Assembly: GCA_030704615.1 (NCBI GenBank)
Contig: CM060734.1
Span: forward strand, 60,946,001 to 61,010,000
Length of the DNA stretch: 64,000 nt
Source of the DNA: Takakia lepidozioides
Lineage: Eukaryota; Plantae; Bryophyta
Direction of reading: 5' to 3'
A model generated the notes under the pieces. It saw only the letters and a list, made by a program, of their open reading frames with translations, did not search any database and had not been told where the DNA came from. Within the stretch, counting starts at the first letter, position 1, and each line of letters begins with the position of its first letter. The position numbers and the translations under genes were made by a program. Of the stretch, positions 38,772 through 52,297 are shown piece after piece.

Positions 38772-39799
38772 GATTGCATCTATTTAGTACTTCCCAGCAT
38801 CCTCTGCTCTTGTCAATACATCAAAAAGCTCTACATATTGTTCAATTGCCCATTAGGCTGTTATATATTAAGAGGTTAAGGAAAATTAAGTTTCTCATAT
38901 TACATGTTGATATATTTCCTCCTCCTTTCCCTAGATTTGACCCCATATAACTTGCATGCAATTTGTACTAGGTAGGCTTCCATCTTTTCACACTTGAAAA
39001 CCATCTATATTAGTCCGGCTAGTACAATGTCTTTTGAAACTCCCTGCTTTTATTTTGGGGACATATAATTATTGGAAACTTGCACACCAAGCAGTAAGAT
39101 GAAAATCTAGATGACATTGTAATCTACAAAGCTTAAAAAAGAAGAAGAAGAAGACGAAAAGGTAGAAGGAGAAGTGGAAGAGGTAAGTAGTTATGATAAA
39201 ACTATTCTCCTTTAGGTCTATAATGCAAACTTAAGAGTACAACTACTCTTCTCCTAAATATTGTGAAACTAAATGAACGAATGATTATTAATCTGTTAAT
39301 GAATGTCCCCAGGCGTGGATAACAAGTCACTAGTTGTTATCGCTAACTTTAAAATTTTGGGAAATCAGAAAAAGTATCTACTTTGAAAGAGCCTGTCATT
39401 CCCCTTCTCACTATAATTAAGGGGCCTCATTCATGAGGGGTCACTATTTTCCCTTTAAATCTAAATCTGGGGTGTCTTTAGCCTAGCCCACCGTCTCTCA
39501 GTAGTGGTTAAACCGGGTGCTACCCAATTATACTGATGTAATTGACTTCTATCATGGTATTTTGTTTTCATGCCTGTGAAAAAAAAAATTTAAAATAAAT
39601 CTACAGGCCTTTCCCCCTTTTCTCTTAGAGAAAACAAATATATATATTTTGGTTTTAATCTACTAGATACATGAACTTAGTCACTATATAATTCACACCG
39701 TCCCCCTTCATTTAAAATAAATAAAAACAAATTCATATTTCATATTTACATCCACTTTATTTAAACCAGCTTGGAAATCTTGCCCTTTGCATCACCGTT

Positions 39800-41790
39800 C
39801 TAGGTTTTGCTCGCCCAAGGTTTTCAAGGTGATTTGGATTGGGGTCTCGCCTTCAGGGTAGTCGCCGGAGGTGAGTTGACTTGTTTGGGGCCTAGCAGCA
39901 TTGAAAGACATGCTTTAAAGGACGTCCGGGTCATCGATTTCCTTAATGGGAAGGTTAACCCCTTCCCCCTTAATGGGGGCGAAGCCGCTTGGGTGCACCA
40001 TGTCCATCTACGCCGGTTCCTTTATTCTCCCATTTCAACCTTGCAGTGAATGGTCTTGGATGAATAATAAGTGAACCCCTTTCTTTGGCTATACTGTGAA
40101 AATTGACTACTTTTTTTTCAGGCCTGTCCATCAGCGCTTGCATTGCTCTACGGAACAAAAAATGATCCCATGGGCTCCCAGATGGTGTTTGTACTCAGGT
40201 GTGGAAGGAAGTCTGGAGGAAAGACCGATTTGCCAAGATCAGTTGGTTTTGTGTGGAAAATGGTGATTATGATCCTCCCTATGGCTTGGGACATCTTCCC
40301 CCTCGTCTCCACCTGCCTTATCTGCTCTCCCCTCATTGCTGAGACCAATGAGCATTGTCTTTTATCCTGCCCTCGTGCATCAGCCGTTTGGCAGTTGATG
40401 TAGGATTTTTACTCCCCCTAGCAGCGTCCTTCTTTTGGCAATTCTGCTCTCACTTTGTTCAATGTCCTCAATGGGCCACCTAGATGGACTTCTTGCCCGG
40501 TTTGGGCTTCTTTGCAGGCTCCATCTTTATGGCATATTTGGAAATCTTGCTGTGGGTTTTCTCTTGGAAGATCTAGCCCAACATCAGACCTATTATGTTC
40601 AGAATTCAGAATAAGAAGACTCCGGCTAAAGCCAAGAGCCACTTCGCCTCAAGGGCGCTACTGCCCCTTTTAGGGGTGGGCCCTATATAGAGAACAGACT
40701 GCGCTTGCGAGTGCCTAGGGGACAATGAGTATCCGAGGTACAAAGGTACCTAGGATGCCGAGGAGGGGTTGGATTCTAGTTGCCGCTAATCAGTGATAAT
40801 AGCTGTGAGGAGCGGATCGTTGTGAGGTGGATTTCCTTGAAACATTCGTGGATGGAGGTGATAGGGATATTTGAAGTTTTTGTGTATTGCGTTGATGCTT
40901 TCATTGTGGATGCCCCCTCGAGCACCCAGCAGTGATGACGATGAGTGGGCCGATTTTCCATCCACGTCGACGAATAACAAGGATGAATGGAGCATAATTC
41001 TGTCATTTAATTAAACAAGATAGAGACGTTGGCGTATCGATAATCACAATATGTAAATTCAACGAAGTAGATGGTGATGTTTGAGGATGGATTAGTTGGC
41101 AGGGGGGTGTTTATTGGTAAACCCAATTGATAAAAAGAAAGACAGAACAAAGTCTAGTAATAGAGCAACTATATGGTGATTGTGGGCAAACACATGGGAA
41201 TAACCATGTCGGGACAGTATCAGAATTCACAAGGATCACCTGATGACAGGATGTTCAGGGGGTACTGGTTGCAAATCTTCGCAGATGTTCATAGACAAGG
41301 AGGCAAAAGCTTCTCCCAAATTTTGATTTCTCATAAGGAAATGGCAATATCATCTGCACCAGGTTGTCAGACTCTGGCATTTTACTCTCTCGCCTCTGCG
41401 TAGGAGCCCGTTGGGTGACATTGAAGATAAAGAAATGAATTAGAGGCACCGCAAAGTGAATCCTTTCAGAAGCAAGGCCTAGATAGATTTTGGGGCCTAA
41501 GTGCTCTTAGTTTCTGTCTGATTCACTGTATTGCTGCCCTTTGCTAGGATGGTCTTGTCTCTCTTACACTTTAGTCTCTTTTGGTCACTTCCCGACTTTG
41601 GTCTTTCAACTGTGGAGTTCTTGCTTCTTCAAAGCTCTCTGCTGTGTCGTGGTTGATTGTGTACTCTGGTTATGGGTGGTTTCCCACTGTATTGCCTTCA
41701 TGGCCCCCACAAGATTACATTTTTCTATTCCTCATTAATTTGATTAACCGGGCCTCTTTTGTAAGAAAATAATAATAGAAAAAAAAATTC
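39800..41790 (+). mobile_element. Degenerate L1-type LINE 3' region (zf-RVT), interrupted
   Basis: FVWKMV..LP..CLICSPLIAETNEHCLLSCPRASAVWQL..SLWHIWKS at 40240-40560, and an A-rich tail at about 41763-41787. Outer boundaries are approximate. Confidence 0.6.
40612..41128 (-). mobile_element. Second 3' fragment of the Dualen/RandI-like LINE
   Basis: The minus strand encodes GLPINTP..NITIYFVEFTYCDYRY..RRRGWKIGPL..ARGGIHNESINAIHKNF..LTAIITD*RQLESNP, colinear with 31280-31653, and has a homologous 3' UTR. Confidence 0.8.
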
Positions 41791-42559
41791 CACTGTTTTT
41801 CCAGACGGTGTTTGAGTGCCTTATCATTCACACTGTGTGAAGTACTACATGAGGAGGCGGGCAAGGCTAATCAGCCAGCGGATCAGCCCTGTGGGACCCA
41901 ACGGATGTGGGTGTGGATATCCGCCGTGACCACACACATGGGCGGATGAAATCCCACGACTCATCTGCTGGGTGAACTCGGGCAAGAATGCACTGTAGCC
42001 AACTCGGTCGTCTCTCTCCTCTCGACGACACACACGCCAGTACTCCTCGTAGTGGGAAGCTTTACATGAGGGAGCTTTAAGCCAGGTCTGAATGAAAGAG
42101 TTTCATTATCTTTTACTCGTTACAGATTACATATTGAAAATTCCACATGAGGGTAGCATAAATTACGTTCCTTGCAAAAAATGGAGAGGGTGTTAATTGG
42201 CAAGGTCATTTTGATATGGATGCTTATGTCTGTGAATTTAGGGAATTGTTTGATAGTCAGATCAAAGGCGAGACTTATTTTGGGAGAGAATGAGCAGTCA
42301 CTGGGATATCGGTACTTGCCACTTTTGGTGGAAATGGTCAAATGTGACACTTGTGAAACAAGGTCCAATTGACGTGAAAATCATATTTAGATTCAACGTC
42401 CTCGGAGGGCATGTGCTAACATTTTTTTGGTTGCTCTGAATGGTGTGAAAAAATATCACAAAGCTCGGAATCAAAGCTAGCTTTCCAACAAGCTATTGCA
42501 CACTGAAGCAACATGCCATCAGAAGATCCTACATGTCAAAATGTGATAGAAGGTCACAT

Positions 42560-45000
42560 TTCCAAGGAAAGCAGGCCTTGGAGTATTAGGCACTGTTCAA
42601 GGAATTTCGAGACATCTTTGCATGGTCCTACACCGAATTGAAGGGAGTGCCTTCTTACGTGTCAATGCATTCCATTCTCCTGATTCCGGGAGCCACCCCA
42701 AGACGACAACGCGAGAGGAGGGTGAACCCCAACTTAGCACTACTCATTAAAGCAGAGATTGAAAAGCTGCTAGCCGCAGAATTTATTTTCCCGGTGGAAA
42801 CATCAGCATGGGTGTCTCCGATGGTGATCGTCCGAAAGAAGAATGGAGGCCTAAGGGTATGCGTGGACTTCCGCTCCCTTAACAAGGTAACACACAAGGA
42901 TCATTTTCCCTTGTCATTCATAGATACTTTGGTAGAAGAAGTAGCAGGAAATGAGCTCTACTCCTTCATGGATGGATTCTCAGGGTACAATCAGGTATTG
43001 ATTGACCCAAAGGACGTGTTGAAAACCACTTTTACTTCATCATGGGGCACCTTTGCCTATACACGGACGCCCTTTGGCCTGTGCAACGCACCCCTAACGT
43101 TTCAGAGGGTCATGACGTATGTCTTCTCAGACATCGTGAGGGTGGTATAAGAAATTTATGGACAAGTATGCAGCAGAGGCCTTACCTCTGACTCGATTAT
43201 TGAAGAAGAACCAGGTATTTTCCTGGGATACAGGGTGTCAGGAGTCTTTCGAGACACTCAAACAACGTTTGGTGTCCGCTCCCGTTTTGGTCGCTCCCGA
43301 CTGGAATAGGCCTTTCCCTGTTTACGTTGATGCTTCAGCGGTGCCCTGTGCCAACCAGATGCTGATGGCCATGATCATCCGATATCTTTCGCCAGTCGAC
43401 AGCTTACATTTCGCCGAAACGAGGAATAGCACCACGGAGCGGGAGGTTTTGGGAATGATTTTTGCCGTAATGAAGTATCGGCATTATTTGTTGGAGACAC
43501 CTTTCATTTTTTTTGTTGATCACATGGCATTACGATACCTGATCAACAAACCCGATTTGACGGGGAGAATAACCAGGTGGGTTATTCTACTTCAGGAATT
43601 CGACTACAAGGTAGTCTACAAGCCCGGAAGGCTTAATGCTCAGGCCGATCACCTTTTCCGATTGTCGGAGGAAATAGGGGACGAGCTTATTGACGATGAC
43701 TTCCCGGATGCATTTTTGTTCTCCATAGAGACCGTTCCTCCATGGTATGAACACATAGCTCAGTATTTAAGCACCCTGGAATTTCCCCCAGGATTGGATG
43801 GACATGCGCGACGAAGGCTTCGACTACGCAGCATGAAGTTTGCTCTTGTGGGAGGGCAACTTTATAGAAGGGGATTGGATGGACTCTTGAGGCGATGCGT
43901 CACCCCGAAGGAGGTTCCCCAAATTTTAGAGTCAGCCCATGATAGCATGTGCGGAGGACACTTTGCAGGGCGGCTCACAATGCAGAAGGCTTTGAGGGCA
44001 GGATACTACTGGTCCTTGTTCAAAGATGTGCACATGCATGTGCGAAAATGCGACTCTTGTCAGAGGTACGCCAAGCGGGATAACAGGCTCGGAATGCCGT
44101 TAGTTCCCACTCTCCCCCTTGCTCCGTTTGAGAAGTGGGGGATCGACTATGTAGGGGAAGTGCACCATGCATCGAGTCGACAAAATCGCTACATCATTGT
44201 AGCCACTGAGCATCTGACCAAGTTGGCAGAAGCCAAAGATGTTAAGAGAGCCAACGCACAGGTAACCGCCTCTTTCATTTATAAATATATCATTTCCCGA
44301 TTCGGATGCCCAAAAGAGATAGTGAGTGACAGAGGATCTCACTTCATCAACGACGACATCGAGGAAATGAATTTGGGGGCATTCTCCATCAGACATTGAA
44401 ATGCGACCCCTTATCATCCACAAATGAGTGGGCAGGTAGAGCGCGCCAACCAAACCCTGTGCAACATTCTCTCCAAGACAATCAGGGAGCACAAGAGGGA
44501 TTGTGACACCAAGTTAATTTCGGCCTTGTGGGCATTTCGCACGACCCATAAGGTAACTACTCGACATACCCCCTTTTCATTGGTTTATGGGGAAGAGTCC
44601 ATCATGTCAATCGAGACAGAAATCCAATCTCTACAATTGGCCATTACCGAACGGTTGGCGACATCAGAGTCATTAAAGGAACGACTTTAGATGTTGGAAG
44701 AACTGGATGAACTCCGGCAAGCAGCAGCTCAGCACATTGAGGCAGTGCAACGGCGAAGGAAGGCTCGCTTCGATGCTAAGCGCAAAAAGAGAATCTTTGA
44801 TCCAGGAGATCTTGTACTATTATTCGACAGTCGGAACGAGGAGTTAGTTCGACTCATACTGGATGGGCCCCTATCTCGTCAAGACAATCTTTGACAACGG
44901 CTCATTACAACTAGAGACACTAAGGGGAGTGGAGTTCCCCAATCTGGTGAACGGTGTCCGGTGCAAGCACTACTACATGTGAGTTCCATTAACCAATGAA
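42560..45000 (+). mobile_element. Degenerate Ty3/Gypsy LTR-retrotransposon pol (non-chromovirus, Athila/Tat/Phygy-like)
   Basis: RT N-half (WVSPMVIVRKKNGGLRVCVDFRSLN, FMDGFSGYNQ, PFGLCNAPLTFQR), RNase H (VYVDAS, TTEREVLG, VDHMAL, RITRW..LQEFD), and integrase (H..H..C..C; GIDYVG, SDRGSHF, GQVERAN) in RT-RH-INT order. The YxDD segment is deleted, with stops at about 43150, 44399 and 44690. Confidence 0.93.
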
Positions 45001-47167
45001 CTATTCCCCCCACTAAGGGAGAGATCTTTAGGATTTCGTCCCGGTTTGTCGGAAGGAAATGTTGGTATTTCCTATCCATTGACTTATTGGTTATTGGAGC
45101 TCCACAACGAGGTGGAGTGCGGGGCAACTAAGTTGCAATAATCCAATGAAACTTCTCCAATGGAAAGAGGTCAGTAGGGCTCTTACCCAAGTAGGTTATT
45201 GACACCCTTTTTTGGAGTTCCAAGGGTAGATCTTGGGATGCGGGGCAACGCAGTTGCATTAAAGAGGTGGTTTGTTCTCCAAAGTGAATTTTCGGGTAGT
45301 TATTGGAATCCACAAGGACAGACCTTGGGATGTGGGGCATATAGAGTACAGTAATCTAACCCACCTTGTAGAATTTGAATTCGTTTGATATGGCATAAGC
45401 TATGAAAACTATGACCATCCAATTGCCAAGTAGAAGACTTCATATATCTTCGTTACTAATCACGTGTTGTGAGTTTCTTTTCTTCTTCACCAAGTGAAGA
45501 ACCACAGGTGCAGGAATGGGAACAATGGGTTGGCTAATATATGCACTTTTGTTCAATGCACACTATCGATCATCATTTATAAAAAAAATAAAAAAAATAA
45601 AAAAATCACAGAGTATATCTGAGTTTGCTCAAGCATATCTCGAGAAAAAATAAATGCTTGTTGTATTAAGCATTCTGCAGTATACTGATGCTCCCTGCAT
45701 GGAGCACAACGACTTCCCGCACGGGGAATCTAACCTTAAACCTTTTGTCATTTTCACCTTACCCCGCTGCAGCATTCCTCGTAGAAAGAGAAAAGTCAGA
45801 AGCAGTGAGGGGGTAAAATATGAGTTGTAGAGCAGTGGTTGCTGCTCCTCTCATAAGAGTGAAGGGCGTCAGACACAGGAAAACCCAGAAGGGCCTGTAA
45901 CCCCTTCAGATAGAATGATACGTTATTTCACAGTATGGTCCTCTGAGGTTCAGAACGGATCTCATTGTTTCTTAGGTCAAGAATTTCATCATGAGCTCTG
46001 CGAAATCCATGAGAGGTCCCTGCGAGTCATGAACCAAATTAGATTGTAGTTAGAAATGGTGCGTCTATTTCATGGGTAGGGTCCTCGGTTATCCAATCTT
46101 TTATGTTGTTACGGGAGCCAAGAATTAGGACTCTCCTGTTTATTAGCATTCAGGCTTGTCCGAGCTCGAGTCGAGGCCCCAACATGTTACAATGAGCTAT
46201 GGCGCACATCCATGAGAGATCCCTGCAAGCCATGTCAAGTAGGATAGAACCAAAGTCCTTCCAAGGCTATTTTAGACTAGAATCATCAATTTGCACCACG
46301 CATATCTCTCTTACATCATCTAGGGGATTCGAACCCAGTCCGGTGGGGGAGAATGGCGGTTTTGAAGTATTTTTTTATCTGGAAACTCCAACTCTCTCCG
46401 AAGAGGGCGAGCTGGGTGGTTTTGAAACATTTTTTGGCTTTGCTTTTATTTCCTCCTCTCTCCCGGAAGACTCGAACTCTCTCCGAGGAGAAAGAGCCTG
46501 AGGGGAATTATTCTTATCTTTACTCAAGGGAGTCGTTGACTCCAAGGGATATCAGGAATACCCTAGTAGGGGGATTTTACGAACCAGAGATTTGGATTCT
46601 CTTACACTCGGGACGAGTGTTCCCCATTGGTCGCCATATATGTAGATGCATATATTGGTACATTTTTCTTTTCAGATCGTTTTTTATCATAAGACAAGCG
46701 GTTTCGGCATTGTACTGCCAAAAGAGGTTAGTTTGTTAGTTGTCTGGAAATCGTTGGTAAAGCACGTAGGAAATTAGACAGTGTCTGCGATGACCATGGA
46801 GTGGAACTATGACGTCAAGATGACCGTAGGAAGCTGCATCGACAGCAGATTAGGCTGCCAATTCGGTACCAGAAACGACAAGTTAATCCTGTTCAAACAA
46901 TACATAACGACTATTCTAGTCCCAGATTACGATCTTTCTTTTCTCCCGCCTTTCAAGTCTAGTAGGAACACACGGCGATGAGCTTGACAATTGGTGGAAG
47001 CGACATGTACATCGATGAAATATTGCAACAAAGCAATTGGCCGCATCGGAATGACAGCAGGTCAGGACGACTTCAAACGGCGAAGCATGGACTTGTTAGC
47101 GGTGCGGGACAACTGGAGGGGACTCCGGACAACCTATGACTCAGTGGCAGGGTCAAAGACCCCAGAG

Positions 47168-47452
47168 CAGTGTTTTTATTTCTGGCAAAATTTCGCACTT
47201 TTTCGACCTCAAAAATCAAAATCGAATATTTTGTCATAATTCCATATTTTCTCATGGGTGAAATCGCCAAAATTCTCAAAAAATAAAAATAAAAATAGGA
47301 TGAATTCGCCTAATATGATGATATAAACGGATGAAAGTACAGAGGAGGATGATTCTGTCCAATTTTCAGTGGATGAGCAGAAAATATGGCTATTTCCAGC
47401 AAAACTCAGTAGCCAGTCCTATTCTTTCCCAAATTTGAAAAAAAAAACACTA
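47168..47452. mobile_element. hAT MITE (285 bp) with a perfect 8-bp TSD
   Basis: Ends CAGTGTTTTT.. and ..AAAAACACTA, with CCCCAGAG at 47160-47167 and 47453-47460. Confidence 0.88.
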
Positions 47453-48795
47453 CCCCAGAGCCATGATCACCAGGGATTTGATTTCTAAAAATACCACAAA
47501 ATCTCTGTGTAACGAAAATACGACGAATGGCGAGAAGCACAACTTTTTACCACCGATGGAGCTGAGAATTTACAAGCTGATACAAGATATTGTAGTTTTT
47601 CACCAAGTTTGGTGATTTATGGAGCTGATTAGCAGCGGGGCCAAATTATTGAGTCGACGGCACTCACATGGCCTATTATTTGCATTTCTACTTCTTGGAT
47701 GGATGAAAAATCCTGGAATTCGCCTTGAGGAGCTGGATGGATGAAATGACAACTCGCGCCAACTGGTCATCCAATTGGATGGATGAAAAGCCAGCTTTCA
47801 TTTGCGTCTAAGACTTTTCATCCATGTTGAATATTATACTAAAGATCCTCCAAGGAAACAATAGTTTAATAAATATTTTCCATTAGTTTATTAGGCTCAA
47901 AAACAGAAAGAAGGGCAAGGCTTCTCTTGTTCTTCATCTAGTTCTTTCTCTTGCTTAGTTTTCTCTTGTTGTTGTAATGTTAGTTTGAGGCTTGAGGAAG
48001 CTAGATCCTATGGAGTAGAGCTTGAAGCTCCCTAGTTAGGTAGAATTCTTGTAAGCTAAGACAAGTGGCCTAGCTTGTGGGCCTTTGAGCCATTTCATTT
48101 GTAAAGGACGAGGGCAATTTCATGTGGAGGAAAGTGACTTGAGGACGAGTAGGAGGGGCTGGTGTGGACTTATGGATGAGAGCCCAAGTGGAGGCCGCAT
48201 AGAGTACCATTACTTGAGTCGATAGAGCATCCCAAGCACCCTCGCATAGAAAGGTTGATCCCATCTTACCATTTCACCATTTATGTATGTGATTCATTTA
48301 TTTTCAAAGCAAAGCTTGAAGTTGAAAATCTGATTTAGGCTCTCCAAAAGAGGAAAGTGCATTGTGGAATCCCACTATTTCATGTTTAGAATTGACAAGG
48401 GGAAGAATCCCGTAGCCTATTGGAAATGGTACCAATAGAGGCTTGTATTTGAATTGTTTGAAGAAAGAATATTTGTGTTGATGGTTATTAATTTGAAACT
48501 CTGGAAAAGGAAGGCCAGCAGACTTGATCTATGATATAAGACCACTATAAGGTCGCTATGTGCTAATCCCCCCCCCCCCCCATTAGCAAGCCATGGAGGC
48601 CTAGGGGAGGGTGGGTTGTATTTTTTTTGTCTTGGGGTTTGGGCGGGCTAATTTCGCTTGACAACAGCTGCCCCAAAGTTGCGAGCAGCCCGGGGGGCCC
48701 CAACGCTGACCTTAAGTCGTACTGAGATCAAGTACATCAGCCGCGTGGCTCAGGCGTGAGGCGCTGAAGCGTGCGAGGAGGGGGCGGGTCTTTAC

Positions 48796-49543
48796 CAGTG
48801 TTGGGCGGGTACCATGTTTTGAGCCCTCTCCCGATCCCGGTTATGGCATACTCTTTGAAAAAAATGGATGGCCGGGGCAGGGTATACCAATAGGTTTGAA
48901 AAACATCTCGGTTACAGGTTCTCAATAAACACATGGATTTTTTTTTGTCCGGTTCTCAATCTACCGGTTATGCCATCTTAAAAAATGCCGGTTCCATGGT
49001 ACCGGTTATGGGATTCATTCACTTTTATTTATTTTCATTTTTTCTAGCATTTTTGTGTATGTGTGTAAAACTATGATAAGCCACTAGAGTATTGGTTGTG
49101 GGTCTCGGGTTCAAAGTTCAAACGTTCAACCCTGTCATCTATCTCTCTGCCCCTCTAATACACTAAGCTTACAACTTACAACTATCGTCTTAGCCAAATG
49201 CCAAATGCCCAATTAATTAATTTCCTACTTGGACATTCTCATTAATGTTGTGCACCTAATCTCCCCAACATTGTAATTTCATAACTACCATCACTAACCC
49301 TTACACTTGTATTATCTAGAACTGCCTCTATGCCATCCACATTTGCTCCGGATCTTGCTCCGGGTATAACACCCTTATAATCACCATGCCGGTTCTCTAG
49401 CCGTTTAGGAAGCTCGATTTTTTTTTCGGTTCCCTTCCATAGCCGGTTCTTGCGGGGGCTGCACTTTCCGATTATGCACATGTGCATAACCGGCAAATAA
49501 CCGCCGGATATGCATGTCAAGATGCCATACCCGGCCAACACTG
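48796..49543. mobile_element. hAT non-autonomous element (748 bp) with a perfect 8-bp TSD
   Basis: TIRs CAGTGTTGGGCGGGTA and TACCCGGCCAACACTG (15/16), TSD GTCTTTAC at 48788-48795 and 49544-49551, and subterminal CCGGTT/AACCGG reiterations. Confidence 0.92.
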
Positions 49544-50289
49544 GTCTTTACCCGCAGGATAACCAAAAGCTGAGACGGACCGGCGGACGCCGGCGTTAAC
49601 CGCAGCGGTCCACGACTTGGACCGCTACGCACAATCAGCATCCTGCCACGTGGCGGGGGCGTTTTAACAAGCGGGCACTGCGTCTGCAAATTCCCTTAAA
49701 GGGGGAGTATTCTTACATTTAGCTATTAGATTCAATTTATACCCCTCTAGGGGTTAGGAGCCATTATCCAAGGTGCCAGTGGTAGATAAAATCTAGGATT
49801 TTGGGATGACATAGCCTTGGAGGGGAGCGTTCTTATGACTCCAAGAGGGAGCCAAGCGGGTCTGTGAGCAGTGAGCTAGAGGCGGACTAGACCTCGAGAG
49901 ACATTGGAGGAGAGAAAGTACTCTGTCCTAAAAACTCAGCTACAGTGAGCATTTGTGTCAGAGCCCAAGGTAGAGGCCGACTTTTTCCACGGAGGGAAAG
50001 CGCATCAACGCCTTAAAATAATGTAAGGGGGTGAAAACTGGCTTGGACCCACCAGTGGTTATTTTATTATTTACGCATGCATGTTCTGGACTAACGAATG
50101 TAGTGGCAGGGATGAGATCTTAGCGAGATTCACTCATCCGATAGGGCCGCGGCAGTTCCCGCGGCAGGGATCGGTTCCCGGATGTTCCTCGGTTCTCTGG
50201 TTCCCATAGGGTTCCCAAGGGCATCTTTAGGCGCCAATGATATCTTTGGATTCCCCACATGATTTCCCATATGAGAGGTATTTTTTCTG

Positions 50290-50670
50290 ATTTTGGTTTC
50301 CTCAAAGGCAGAGTTGAGGGCTTCATTCACCATCAAGATATTGTCTAGAATCATTCGATCTTTAAGGAACCCTGTTTGCTCCGGCCTATTAATCAACTTG
50401 TGGAGGAGAGGTTGAAGCCTCAAAACCAAGCATTTAGCGATGATTTTGTAGACAAAATTCAGAAGCGTTATAATCGGTCTATAATTGTTTAGAGACTCCC
50501 TATCACCTTTCTTGTGAATGAGGGTAATGACGCCTTGGGATATTTGAGAAGACATCATACGTTTCATCAGAATATCGTCAGTGAAAGCCACAAAATCTGC
50601 ATCACACTCAGCCTAGATAGCTTGAACAGCTCCACCAGTAAACCATCGAGGCCTGGGGATTTAATTTCTT
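50290..50670 (-). mobile_element. L1-type LINE reverse transcriptase fragment
   Basis: KSPGLDG..GVITLIHKKGD..NNYRPIITLLNFVYKIIAKCLVLRLQPLL..EQTGFLKDRMILDNILMVNE. Confidence 0.85.
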
Positions 50671-52297
50671 TTATTTTACAGCATTTCTGATTTGCGAAAT
50701 TGCCTAAATAGGATAGATGCACGTGGTGCACATTATAGCCTAAAGGGCGTTGATTAAACTGATTGAACTTATTGAGTTGAGGGGCTTAGAACCACCTTAT
50801 TGAACTTGGTGAACCTATTGGATGACGATAGATATTTTGGCCACTCCTTTGCTAGAACAAAGTATTTAGGCACTGGGGTAGGAAGCGTTGGCCCTTCCAT
50901 TAGAGGTAACTTGAACTCAAGCACTCGGTGAAGGAGGGGCATTGGGAGAGGAAGATTTTCCATCTTCTTCCTAGGCTCGGCATGTGCCTTGTGAAGGGAT
51001 TAAAACACGTCCCGGCTATAGGCGGCTCGGGGGCCTAGGCGGTAGGAATTAGACAATAAAACACAAAGACTTGGAAGACAGTTACTGAGTAGGTTGTAGG
51101 ATACCGTAGGACTTAGAAACGCAAACTCGCCCTGTTGCAGTCGGGTAGGCGGTTCAGTGAGCCCAACCTACACTGCAACTTACCACGACCCCCCTAGACT
51201 AATATGCCGTCACCCTGACTGCGCGCGCTCAGGGCTCGTCACTATCAATAAAATTCCCGACTCCGGATTCACCTCTTCAGATATCGAGCGTAACTCGGGA
51301 AATGCGGAAGCCATTCATGCTACTTTTCAGAACACTTGGGGCAAATGAGGCCTTATCTTTCTCCCCAAAGATTGACACCTGCATCCGGACCGAGCTCCCT
51401 CCATTATGTTGGCGGGACCATCGCGCGACACTTCACCATTCGCCAGAGTTTGAACGAAATATCAATAGGAAGCATCTGAAGCCCTCTTCTACTGCCTCAA
51501 GGCTGCATTATAGATAGAATACTCTCTCATAAAAATGCACTTGATCAAAATCCTGCATCTTCTGTCTCTTGTGATTCTGCTTTCCGTGCTTCTTCTCTCT
51601 CAGAAACCCCTCAGCATTGTAGTGTTAGTGTAATCCACGCATGACCTTCTTCTAAATTTCCTTCATTGCTTTTCTAGTCTGTTTTCGAGGATGCCCTTGC
51701 TCTGGATTAAAACTCTTAACCCCTAAATGACAACGCGACCCGAATTGGGTCGCGTCAGATTACTTGCCACGCTCCAGTTCCCATGGATGAGAACATTGAA
51801 GATGAATTGTAGATGTCAGAGAAGAGCACATGTGGGAATTTACAGCGCCAAAAAATCATAAAAGCTCTGCTCCCTAGAATTTTGCAAAGTGCCAGGGTTT
51901 CAAGAAATCCAGTGTTAGAGCACCATTGACCTGCCTACATGGCAGCCAAATGAGCAATATTGATAATGCCAAAATTTTTGGACAAGGCACCATGAAATAT
52001 TACTGTGCACTTACTTACCAGAGGAATTGGAAAACAAATGTCACCTCATGGGTGTGCTTGGGAAAGAAGCCAAAACAAGATAATTTACCCCCCAGATTTC
52101 ACATACAAAGCAACCTATCTGAATTTTTGGAATTTTGGTCTGATTTTTTGGGATGCAGTAGTTTAGGTGCCATACAATCAGATTATGGAGGGCCTTTGTC
52201 TAGAAAGATTCAACTTGATACTTCAATTTTGTGGTCAAACAATTTTTTTCATGCAATTTTTGAATATATTTATAAAATGAGACATATTAGTTTGTTA

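Noticed and set aside
41843-42054. Possible mini-CACTA (TACTACATGAGGAG / CTCCTCGTAGTG)
   Set aside because: The TIR is short and imperfect, and there is no clear 3-bp TSD.
45700-51731. LTR-like stretches (about 45.7-46.7, 47.9-48.5 and 50.7-51.7 kb)
   Set aside because: I could not find a paired LTR, a PBS, or TG..CA ends with a TSD by eye.
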